The notes below the pieces were generated by a model that saw only the letters and a program-made list of their open reading frames with translations, did not search any database and was not told the DNA's origin. Below, in pieces: positions 8,632-16,064 of a stretch of DNA of 64,000 nucleotides (position 1 is its first letter; each line of letters begins with the position of its first letter). The stretch comes from Thermoplasmata archaeon. Lineage in GTDB: Archaea; Thermoplasmatota; Thermoplasmata; Lutacidiplasmatales; UBA184. Both the position numbers and the translations under genes were made by a program. The stretch is from contig JAGWLG010000008.1 in NCBI GenBank assembly GCA_028864975.1, positions 1 through 64,000 on the forward strand, in the 5' to 3' direction.

Positions 8632-9210
8632 TCAGCGTGACTTCTTGGGCTTCTCCACCTCGAAGCTCTCGACCTCGAAGGTCCCGAACTTCGGACGGTA
8701 GTCGCCCAAGCCCTTGGAGAATCCGCCGTTCTCCAGGAACTCGCGGACCTGCGGCGCGCTCATGTTCGCCGGGTCGAGGTTCTGGATGGTGAACTCCAGC
8801 CTCCACTCGCTGAACTTGGGTCGCGCCCGGGTGATGCCCCTCCCCATCACCACCGCTCGACGCACGTCGATGTCGTACGTCTTCGCCGGCTTCCCTTCCC
8901 CGTTGAGCAGGGGAATCATGTCGGGTTCCACCCGAAGGCCAGAGCGGACGAAGCCCTTGTAGGTCTTCTTTCCGCGACCCTCGACCAGATGGTCCTTCGA
9001 TGCCGCCACCAGTAGGCCCTCGACGTGGTCCGATGGCTCGTAGATGCCAACCTTCTCGTCTCGAAAGAGCGACTGCTCCGCCTCGACCTGTGGCGTCGGC
9101 ACCACCGTCTTGCTCTTCTTCGGCTCGCCGCCCAGCTTCACCGGGTACCGGTGCTGGAGCAGTGGCCGTGTTCCTCGTATGGCGACTCTGTACGTCTCGC
9201 TCTCTCGCAT
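8632..9210 (-). CDS. Cas7/RAMP-like protein (Vipr-like)
   Basis: N-terminal YRVAIRGTRPLLQH, RARPKFSEWRLEFTI, C-terminal Gly-rich loop GLGDYRPKFGTFEV; flanked on both sides by GGY-NN arrays. Confidence 0.8.
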   Translation of the reverse strand: MRESETYRVAIRGTRPLLQHRYPVKLGGEPKKSKTVVPTPQVEAEQSLFRDEKVGIYEPSDHVEGLLVAASKDHLVEGRGKKTYKGFVRSGLRVEPDMIPLLNGEGKPAKTYDIDVRRAVVMGRGITRARPKFSEWRLEFTIQNLDPANMSAPQVREFLENGGFSKGLGDYRPKFGTFEVESFEVEKPKKSR

Positions 9211-9219
9211 GTTCTCTCC

Positions 9220-9294
9220 TTACCTCACCAAACCGTGCCGAGCCGAACCGTGCCCCGCCTTGCCGTGCCTGGCCCCGCCAGGCCTGGCCGGACC
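9220..9294 (-). ncRNA. GGY-NN repeat array A (15 five-nt units), candidate VIPR-type guide RNA
   Basis: Minus strand: GGT-CC GGC-CA GGC-CT GGC-GG GGC-CA GGC-AC GGC-AA GGC-GG GGC-AC GGT-TC GGC-TC GGC-AC GGT-TT GGT-GA GGT-AA (15/15 GGY), preceded by hairpin CTCCA-N7-TGGAG (9299-9315). Confidence 0.8.
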
Positions 9295-9317
9295 CGGTCT
9301 CCATGTTTGGTGGAGCG

Positions 9318-10013
9318 TCACAGAATCTCCTGGCCTTCCAGGATGGCCAATCCGAACCTCCGCAGGAGCGTTCGCTCCTGGGACTCGATGTCGTCGTCGA
9401 GAAGCAGCGGACGAGCCTCGACTGGAATCGAATACTGCGTGTTCCCGAATCTGTCCTTCACCTCTCGAACGTACTGCTGAATCTTCCGCGCCTCTCCGAG
9501 GGCGACCATTGGCTTCGGCGTCGCATCCGGGAAGAAGAATCCGTAGAGCGCATCGCGGTCTGTCGAGGAAAGGTACTCTGCCGCTGCCTGGTCTCCGAGC
9601 AAGTATTGTTCGGGGCCTGAGACGTACTGGGCGAAGTTTGTCCCGCGAATCGTTAGGAAGCGAATCCTCTCCAGCCAGTGCGGACCCAGCCAAATCGAGT
9701 AGTCGTACCTGGTCCGCTGGTCGGCCTCCCTCTTGGTGACGGGATTCGCTGGGAACCCCAGGTTGCGGATGAGCGTGAATCTGGGATGTGCTGCCTTGAA
9801 CGCACGCGCCGCCATCGCCACGTAGCTCGGCCTCGTACCGAAATCCTCCGGCTTCGCCGAGTCCCAGTTGCATCTGTGGCACTTGAGAAACCGGCCCCTC
9901 TTCGTTGTGGCAATCTCGGTTCGGTCTCCCAGCCCGCAACGTGGGCAGATGAACGGTAGCTGCTCCTGTTCCTTCGCTGTCGGTTCCTTCGCTGTGTCGT
10001 TGGTCTCTGGCAT
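9318..10013 (-). CDS. Zn-ribbon protein, possible degenerate nuclease fold
   Basis: CPRCG...CHRC N-terminal ribbon; start MPETND at 10013. Confidence 0.65.
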   Translation of the reverse strand: MPETNDTAKEPTAKEQEQLPFICPRCGLGDRTEIATTKRGRFLKCHRCNWDSAKPEDFGTRPSYVAMAARAFKAAHPRFTLIRNLGFPANPVTKREADQRTRYDYSIWLGPHWLERIRFLTIRGTNFAQYVSGPEQYLLGDQAAAEYLSSTDRDALYGFFFPDATPKPMVALGEARKIQQYVREVKDRFGNTQYSIPVEARPLLLDDDIESQERTLLRRFGLAILEGQEIL

Positions 10014-10026
10014 TGCTCTCTCCCTG

Positions 10027-10452
10027 TCAAACGTGGAATTGGTTGACGTGCCTGGCAGCCGACCCGGCTCCGTCCCAGCATCCATCCTTGAGGCAGTGGA
10101 AAACGAGGTCCTCGCAGATGATACAGTTCTTGCTGAACACCACTCCGTTGTCGGTGTGGGTCTTGTGCCGCTCCCCTTCCCGCCTGGTTTCGCGCTCTGC
10201 CTCCAGACGCTGTCGTTCCTCGGCCTCTCGCTGCCGGTCGAGTTGGTAGCTGCGGCGCTCCTCCGGGGTCATCTCCCAGAAGGTCTTCCCATACCGCTCA
10301 CGAAAGGCCTGTAACTGCCTCGCCTCCCCTGTCACATGGCGACGTACCGCTTCCGCTCCCTTCTCCCGAAGGCGATGGTTGCATCGCTGCTTTCCACCCT
10401 TGGTAGGGTGAGTGTGGTCGAAGCCACCGTTGCTACAGTTCTTCACTGTCAT
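10027..10452 (-). CDS. Zn-finger protein
   Basis: CIIC...C..GC......HxxxxH; start MTVKNC at 10452. Confidence 0.6.
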   Translation of the reverse strand: MTVKNCSNGGFDHTHPTKGGKQRCNHRLREKGAEAVRRHVTGEARQLQAFRERYGKTFWEMTPEERRSYQLDRQREAEERQRLEAERETRREGERHKTHTDNGVVFSKNCIICEDLVFHCLKDGCWDGAGSAARHVNQFHV

Positions 10453-10793
10453 ATTGGTAGCCTCGTTGGCACGATGCCCGTGTCCGGTGACCGCTGGGCG
10501 ATTCTCTTCCACGGGCGCTCCTGGTCCCATCTGAACCCACACGCCCTACAGCGGTGGGGTCGTCGGTGGAACCTCCTCTTGATTCTGATTCCGCAGGCGT
10601 GGACACGTTGGCCTGTTCGTGTTCCCCCTGGACAAGGTGGGTCGTCCGGGTCGATGCGACGGAGCATCCCGCACGCCGGCATGCTACACCCCGCCCGTCT
10701 CGTGAACAGGTCGAAATCCTTTTGCGGGAAGGGGGAATCTAACTCCCGCGGAGACGTAATCCTCCGGCCCGACCCTGGAAGCGGGACCACCAC
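10449..10793 (-). CDS. Cys-rich basic protein (start uncertain)
   Basis: CSMPAC...CRACG. Confidence 0.5.
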   Translation of the reverse strand: MVVPLPGSGRRITSPRELDSPFPQKDFDLFTRRAGCSMPACGMLRRIDPDDPPCPGGTRTGQRVHACGIRIKRRFHRRPHRCRACGFRWDQERPWKRIAQRSPDTGIVPTRLPI

Positions 10794-10844
10794 GACCAGG
10801 GGTCGGGCTCCCTTTCCGCTCGGGCATTCCCGCGTTCGTCATCT

Positions 10845-11330
10845 TCACGCTCCCGGCCTCGCCTTCTCCTTCCGGTACGCCGCCCAGACAGCTTCCCCTG
10901 TTCTCTCCAGGGCGCTGACTAGCGTCTCGCCCGGCTTCACATGGCTGGTCGCGTGCTCCTCGATTCTTCCGAACTCCGACCGGCGAATCGTGGTCACCAC
11001 ATCGTCCGACTCCGATAGGTGAATGACCATCTGGACCGCGCGCCCGTCCTCGGGCTGGCAGTTCGCCGCGGCCGGTCGCACGTCTCTCGACGTCACCTCC
11101 GCGAGCCCCGTGGCCGGCGCGGCCTGGGGTGGAGGAGGTGCTACGAGCCGGGTCTGCACAGGCGCCGCCGCGAGCTTCGCCCCCGCTTCGAGCGCTTCGC
11201 CGTGGAGCTTGCAGAGCCAGACCTGGCGCGACGGGTCCCAGGCGAGCCTGGACCGCGGCGGAATCGCGCACCCGTTCGCGCAGTGGAGCCGCTTGCCGGT
11301 CCCCTTGTCGAACCACTGGAGCGCTGTCAA
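10845..11330 (-). CDS. hypothetical protein with N-terminal Zn finger
   Basis: CANGC...CKLH. Confidence 0.6.
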   Translation of the reverse strand: MTALQWFDKGTGKRLHCANGCAIPPRSRLAWDPSRQVWLCKLHGEALEAGAKLAAAPVQTRLVAPPPPQAAPATGLAEVTSRDVRPAAANCQPEDGRAVQMVIHLSESDDVVTTIRRSEFGRIEEHATSHVKPGETLVSALERTGEAVWAAYRKEKARPGA

Positions 11331-11331
11331 C

Positions 11332-11526
11332 TCACACCACCCTGTAGTACCGGACGACCTCGCTCACCAGGTTCGCTCCGCAGGAGAGGCAATCGCTCAG
11401 CCGGCGCCCCGCCGACCGGATGATGGTCCGGTTCTGCGTCGCGCCGCACTTGGGACACGCCTCCTTGGTCCAGGGGTCTCCCCGTTCGTCGATGGCTTTC
11501 GCTGCGAGGTCGTCTGTCCAGGGCAT
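11332..11526 (-). CDS. Zn-ribbon protein
   Basis: CPKCG...CLSCG. Confidence 0.65.
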   Translation of the reverse strand: MPWTDDLAAKAIDERGDPWTKEACPKCGATQNRTIIRSAGRRLSDCLSCGANLVSEVVRYYRVV

Positions 11527-11560
11527 GTTCAGGCGGCTCCTGGCGCTTCTCGGTCGCGGG

Positions 11561-11716
11561 TCACTTCGTAGGCTTCTTCCATGGGCGCTTCCCCTCGCGC
11601 TCGGCCATGGCGTTCCGTATCGCCGCCTGGACGAGACGGCTCAGGGAGATGCACTTCTCCTTGAGCCAGGCGTCCTGCTCGGCGGTGATGGAGACGTTCT
11701 TTCGGACCGAGTGCAT
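11561..11716 (-). CDS. ribbon-helix-helix regulator (51 aa)
   Basis: Manual translation MHSVRKNVSITAEQDAWLKEKCISLSRLVQAAI..., a typical archaeal RHH; TATA-like element about 27 nt upstream. Confidence 0.7.
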   Translation of the reverse strand: MHSVRKNVSITAEQDAWLKEKCISLSRLVQAAIRNAMAEREGKRPWKKPTK

Positions 11717-11743
11717 TGTGCTGGGTGTGTAGTCCGCACCCCC

Positions 11744-11752
11744 CTTATGAAG
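11744..11752 (-). promoter_or_regulatory. TATA-like element for a leaderless RHH gene
   Basis: Minus-strand TTCATAAG about 27 nt before ATG 11716. Confidence 0.45.
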
Positions 11753-12101
11753 CCTGGGGGGAGGTCGTGAAACCGTGGTCCCCTCGGCGCTTCGAGGTGA
11801 AACCGGCGCTCCGCCGCGCCGCCCCGAACAGCCGGGTCTTCAGCCAGTGGCAGGACCCCTCGCGCCCGGCGCAGAGCAACTGCACGTTCTCCGGGTCGAG
11901 GAGCGCCCCGCCGTCCGCGATTTCCCGGACGTGGTCGTACTCGAACCCCGGGTGGACCTGGACCTGGTACTCGTGCCCGTCCCTCGCGGTCTTGGCCTTG
12001 AGCACCGGCTCGAACTTCCGGCCGCAGCGTTCGCAGCGGCCTCCGGCGCGCTCCCAGACGATTCTCTTCACCGCGGCCCAGCCGGGGCCTCCACGACGCA
12101 C
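11745..12101 (-). CDS. HNH endonuclease
   Basis: RAGGRCERCG...EYDHVREIADGG..DPENVQLLC..CHWLKT. Confidence 0.9.
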   Translation of the reverse strand: MRRGGPGWAAVKRIVWERAGGRCERCGRKFEPVLKAKTARDGHEYQVQVHPGFEYDHVREIADGGALLDPENVQLLCAGREGSCHWLKTRLFGAARRSAGFTSKRRGDHGFTTSPQAS

Positions 12102-12156
12102 GGTGGATACGTGCGCACCCGCGCTCTTGAAGGAAAGGAGGAGGTCGTGAAACCGG

Positions 12157-12549
12157 CTATGGCTCGGCAGGGAACAGCTTCTCTTCCGCCGCGATGCGCT
12201 CCTTCAGTTCAGCGGTCGCCTTCTCGCAGAGCGGCTTGCGCCGAGCCTCGGCCTCCTCGAACGTTGGGCCTTCGACCATCCAGCGCCCGACCGGACCGAC
12301 AGGTCCCTCACGGCGCAAGTGGAAGGTGACCAGATTCTGCTCCCAGTGGTACGTGCTCGTTCGGCTCCCGCGACGGGTGGTCAGTTCGACGCTCTGGGCC
12401 TTGCCCATCAGCGCGACGTCATATCCGCCCTTGGGATTGTCCTTGACGCCGCGCATGGACCAGTTCTCCCCCCAGTTCCGGCGGAACCACTCGTAGACCT
12501 CCGGACCCGGAGCTTGCCGTGCGCCGGGGATGATGAACGTGACCGTCAT
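12157..12549 (-). CDS. hypothetical protein
   Basis: 130-aa ORF, ATGA coupling. Confidence 0.6.
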   Translation of the reverse strand: MTVTFIIPGARQAPGPEVYEWFRRNWGENWSMRGVKDNPKGGYDVALMGKAQSVELTTRRGSRTSTYHWEQNLVTFHLRREGPVGPVGRWMVEGPTFEEAEARRKPLCEKATAELKERIAAEEKLFPAEP

Positions 12550-12743
12550 GGGTTCTTCGCCTCCCCCACCTCGGTGATGGTGATGCGCACCTTCTTCTTG
12601 TCGAACTGTTCGAGCGCGTTGTCGAGCACCCGGTCGAGGTTCCCCTCCACGTCGAACACCTCGACCCCGCCGGTCTCTGACCAGTTCCGGCTCACCTCGC
12701 CGACGTGCGTCACTGTCTTCGGCGTGGTTCGCGGCGCGCTCAC
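12546..12743 (-). CDS. small hypothetical protein
   Basis: GTG start overlapping the upstream stop. Confidence 0.55.
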   Translation of the reverse strand: MSAPRTTPKTVTHVGEVSRNWSETGGVEVFDVEGNLDRVLDNALEQFDKKKVRITITEVGEAKNP

Positions 12744-13333
12744 GGGTTCGCTACCTCCTGCGCCTGCACCGCGCGCTCCCGCACCTCTCGGACCTTCTCC
12801 GGGTCCGTTCCGGTCACCAGGCCGAGGATGAGGTCCGCCGCGGGCGAGAGGTCCTTCACGGTGTGCTGGTGACCCCCGCACTTCGTCGTGAGGAACTCCT
12901 TCCCGTCCTTCTCGACGCGCTCCAGTGGTCCGCAGGTCGCAATGCCGCAGACGAAGGGACCGAAGCCGGTGAACCCGCACTCCTCCGTCGCCTGGGCGCC
13001 GCACCTGCACCGGAACGTGGAATGGTACTCGCAGTAGTCGGTGCCGGAGACCACCTTCACCGGCGGGTCGATGTGTCTCCACTTCCCCGGCTCGAAACGG
13101 TCCTTCGGCCAGTACCCCTTCTCCCCGCAGAACCCGATGAACTCGTCCGAGTAGATGCAGAACCCGTTCATCCGGAGCGTGGCGACCTTCAGGTCCCACC
13201 GTGCCCGGCTGAGGGCGCTGGAGATGCTGATGCAGCGGTCCCTGGAGCAGAAGAAACCCTCGTCCTGGTAGACCCCACCCGTTCCGGGCGCCGGCAGTTC
13301 TCCGCAGGCTCGGCAGCGTTCGTGCTCGCTCAT
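12740..13333 (-). CDS. multi-Cys zinc-binding protein
   Basis: CRAC, CSRDRC, CEYH, CRC, CGIATC; start MSEHERC at 13333. Confidence 0.65.
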   Translation of the reverse strand: MSEHERCRACGELPAPGTGGVYQDEGFFCSRDRCISISSALSRARWDLKVATLRMNGFCIYSDEFIGFCGEKGYWPKDRFEPGKWRHIDPPVKVVSGTDYCEYHSTFRCRCGAQATEECGFTGFGPFVCGIATCGPLERVEKDGKEFLTTKCGGHQHTVKDLSPAADLILGLVTGTDPEKVREVRERAVQAQEVANP

Positions 13334-13896
13334 CGTTGCCTCCCTTCGCTGAAGTCCTTCTTCTTGAGCTTCGCCATGCGTCCATCCGGGTGGTGGAACA
13401 CGAGCCCCTCCGCCGGGTGCCCCGGCGAGTACCTGCTGTCGAAGTTCCCGAGGAACTCTCGCAGGCCGTCGAACGTGCGGGGCACGTCGGGGATGACCAC
13501 GGGTCGCAGCGTGAACGGGTAGCACACCGGCTTCGAGAGACCCAGCGGGTTCCCCTGAATCTTCGGCCCTACGGCCTCACATGGCCACGCGCCATCGGGC
13601 CAATCCCCGGTGTCCGTCCCATCCACGGCGCGGAAGATGTGGACGTCGTTGGGGTCCTCCCTCTTGGCCGGGACATAGCCGGGCTCGATGCCCTCGGCCT
13701 TCTCCTCCCGCGTCGGGTTCCGGCGCTTCTCGACCGAGGTGACCTTTCCTGCGGACACCGTCAGCCTGATGTTCGTGCCATCGAGCTTCTCCGTGGCGAC
13801 CCCTTCCCCCTGGAAGACCCACTCCGTCCCCTCGCGGACCTTCGGGGTCACCTCGAAATGCTCCCCTCTGTCGAAGATGGTTGGAATCTTGTTCAC
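13330..13896 (-). CDS. ATP-dependent RNA ligase-like nucleotidyltransferase (Rnl2/DUF5565-like)
   Basis: Motif I TEKLDGTN, III CEAVG, IV AEGLV, V MAKLK. Confidence 0.85.
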   Translation of the reverse strand: MNKIPTIFDRGEHFEVTPKVREGTEWVFQGEGVATEKLDGTNIRLTVSAGKVTSVEKRRNPTREEKAEGIEPGYVPAKREDPNDVHIFRAVDGTDTGDWPDGAWPCEAVGPKIQGNPLGLSKPVCYPFTLRPVVIPDVPRTFDGLREFLGNFDSRYSPGHPAEGLVFHHPDGRMAKLKKKDFSEGRQR

Positions 13897-14035
13897 GGTT
13901 TCTCCTTGAGCAGCCGCTTCACTGCGACGTCCTGTCCCTTCTCGAAGGCTTCCTTGCGCACCTGCTCCAGCACGACGTCGAGGAGCCGGTTCGCCTGGTT
14001 CGAGATGAGGGAGCGCAGCCGCTTCTCGTCCTCGT

Positions 14036-14335
14036 TCATGGATTGTCCCTGTATCCCCGCGGCGGGCGCCGTCGGTGCATCCCGGCGCACTCGGCCTTGC
14101 AGGCGTGGTGGCGGAAGTTCTGCTCGTCGTTAGGGTCGCCCCTCACGAACACCGGATACCCCGCGGCCTGCGCGGTCTCGATGTCCTTCAGGATGTTCTC
14201 GGCCCGCTGGGTCTGGCGCATGATTTCCCACGCGCCACTGGCCTTCAGCTTGTCGATTTCCGCCTTGATTCGGGCGAGCCCGGCCTTCCCCCCGGGGGTC
14301 CGCCAGTGGGCTTCGAGGTCCCCCCTGGTCACCAT
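14036..14335 (-). CDS. hypothetical protein
   Basis: Start MVTRGDL at 14335. Confidence 0.5.
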   Translation of the reverse strand: MVTRGDLEAHWRTPGGKAGLARIKAEIDKLKASGAWEIMRQTQRAENILKDIETAQAAGYPVFVRGDPNDEQNFRHHACKAECAGMHRRRPPRGYRDNP

Positions 14336-14340
14336 GGAAC

Positions 14341-14520
14341 TCACTCCTCGACGTCCTGTCCCGAGGCGAACCCGTCGATGATGATGGACACCTTCAGCGC
14401 CTTCCCACACTTCACGCAGGTGCACCAGATGATTCGGTGCCCCTGGAAATTCCGCGGCCTGATGACGTTGTTCCCGTCCGTCGTGACCTGCTCGTGCCGG
14501 CAACCGGCTTCGTCGCCCAC
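14341..14520 (-). CDS. small Zn-binding protein
   Basis: Manual translation CRHE...CVKCG, 59 aa. Confidence 0.5.
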   Translation of the reverse strand: MGDEAGCRHEQVTTDGNNVIRPRNFQGHRIIWCTCVKCGKALKVSIIIDGFASGQDVEE

Positions 14521-14523
14521 GGT

Positions 14524-14754
14524 TCAGTCCTCCTCGTCCTCGTCGTTCTCGTCGTCGCCGGCGAGGTCGTCAAGTGCGTCCTCTCCGCCCCGGAGTTGCC
14601 TGATGGTTCCCTTCGCGTACGGCTCCTTGCGCTCCACTTCATCCGCCACGGCTCGGAGGACCACTTCCGCGATTTCGACCGCGCTCTCCGGCGAGATGAT
14701 TTTCCCGTCCGCCTTCAGCGCCTTCTCCAGCGCGTCGTGGAACCTGACCTTCAT
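14524..14754 (-). CDS. hypothetical protein with acidic tail
   Basis: 76-aa ORF, GAGGT SD. Confidence 0.6.
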   Translation of the reverse strand: MKVRFHDALEKALKADGKIISPESAVEIAEVVLRAVADEVERKEPYAKGTIRQLRGGEDALDDLAGDDENDEDEED

Positions 14755-14764
14755 CGTTCTGACC

Positions 14765-15274
14765 TCACTCGTCCAGGAGGTTCTTCAACCGCTCCGCCCG
14801 GAACTCCGGCCGGAGCAGCGCCAGTTCCACCACGGTCTTGGACTCCTCCTCGTCGAGGCCCACCAGGGAGTTGCTGACCTCCTCCGCGAGGTCCAGCAGG
14901 AACTCCTCCCGGGTGACAGCGGGCTGCTCCGAGGGCGCATCGCCTCCTCTGGGAGGGTACATCGACCGGACCCAGGCCTGTCCGTTCTCGGCCTTCACCA
15001 CGTAGAGCCACTTTCGCTGGTGGTGCGTCGTGCCCAGCCGGTCCTCGATGTAGAGCACGTCGCCGGTCTGGAGGTCCAACTCCAACCTGCTGGCTCCCGC
15101 CTCCTTGGGACTCGCGGACTTCGTCGGGCCGACCGTCTGTACCACCTTCCCGCCACGGTACAGCGTGGCGATGACCTCGCCCCGGTCGTACCAGGGGTGG
15201 TGGTAGAAGCTTCCTCCTCTCATCACCGCCTTCTGCGTCGCCCCGTCGTTGATGTTCACCTTGCTGTCTCTCAC
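14765..15274 (-). CDS. hypothetical protein
   Basis: GTG start after GGAGGGG, coupled. Confidence 0.6.
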   Translation of the reverse strand: MRDSKVNINDGATQKAVMRGGSFYHHPWYDRGEVIATLYRGGKVVQTVGPTKSASPKEAGASRLELDLQTGDVLYIEDRLGTTHHQRKWLYVVKAENGQAWVRSMYPPRGGDAPSEQPAVTREEFLLDLAEEVSNSLVGLDEEESKTVVELALLRPEFRAERLKNLLDE

Positions 15275-15460
15275 GTTTCCCCCTCCGTTTGCTTCGTCTC
15301 TTCGAGCGCGGCCCTCAAGTGGGCAGCCAGCGTCGCGGCGACCCCCTCCGCCCCGCACTCGATTCGGATGGTGACCCGCGCCGCCCGCGGGTTCAGTTCA
15401 AAGAACGCCGGCTTCCCCTTGAGCAACGCGAGCGCGGCGTCGTTCCAGCGCTTCACTTCC

Positions 15461-16060
15461 TCACCCCTCCATCCAACTCGGCCTCTCAAGTTCGAGCTTC
15501 TCTGCCAAGGCCCTCAGCTTCTCTGTGGCTTCGTCCACGAACGTGGATTCGATGTCCTCCAGTTCGTCCACGAGGCCTTCGACCTCCTCGGTCAACCTCA
15601 GTAGCCTCATGCGGTCTAGTTCGCCCTCTGCCTCCTTGGACGCCTGACTGAGAGCGAACTTCGCTTCCAAGAGACCCAGGGCCACGTTCTGTGGACAGTT
15701 GCCCACGACCTTGGCAATGGCGTCGAACTCCTTTTGCGCCTCCCCGCGCTGGCGCACGGTGAGACCTGTTCTCTTGGCCATCTCTCTCGAACCGCTTGCG
15801 CTGCTTCGCGTTAACAGAAAGGTCTTCTCCTGGACGTACTTCTTCGGCACCTTGAGCACCACCTCGTCTCCCTTCCTCACCAGCACGCGAACGGCGCCCG
15901 GCGGCAGTCTCACCGCTCGGCTCTCGCCGTCGTCCATCGTGTCGATGATGTCCACCGGAACGACGATGCGTGTCCTGCTGTTCTTCCAGTGCTCTTCCTT
16001 CCACGCCCGCTCGAAATCTCTCTTCTCCGCGCGCATCTCCTTCTTGGTCAACTTGGCCAT
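15461..16060 (-). CDS. hypothetical protein with coiled-coil C-terminus
   Basis: 199-aa ORF, SD. Confidence 0.65.
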   Translation of the reverse strand: MAKLTKKEMRAEKRDFERAWKEEHWKNSRTRIVVPVDIIDTMDDGESRAVRLPPGAVRVLVRKGDEVVLKVPKKYVQEKTFLLTRSSASGSREMAKRTGLTVRQRGEAQKEFDAIAKVVGNCPQNVALGLLEAKFALSQASKEAEGELDRMRLLRLTEEVEGLVDELEDIESTFVDEATEKLRALAEKLELERPSWMEG

Positions 16061-16064
16061 GCTC

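Noticed and set aside
8528-9294. GGY-NN arrays as plain microsatellites
   Set aside because: The constant and variable positions are strictly partitioned, the NN are diverse, and both arrays flank a RAMP-like gene with leader hairpins
8603-9939. ORF-track entries 8603-9304 and 9220-9939 with repetitive RHG/ARQG tails
   Set aside because: These are artefacts of translating the GGY-NN array; the real CDS is 8632-9210
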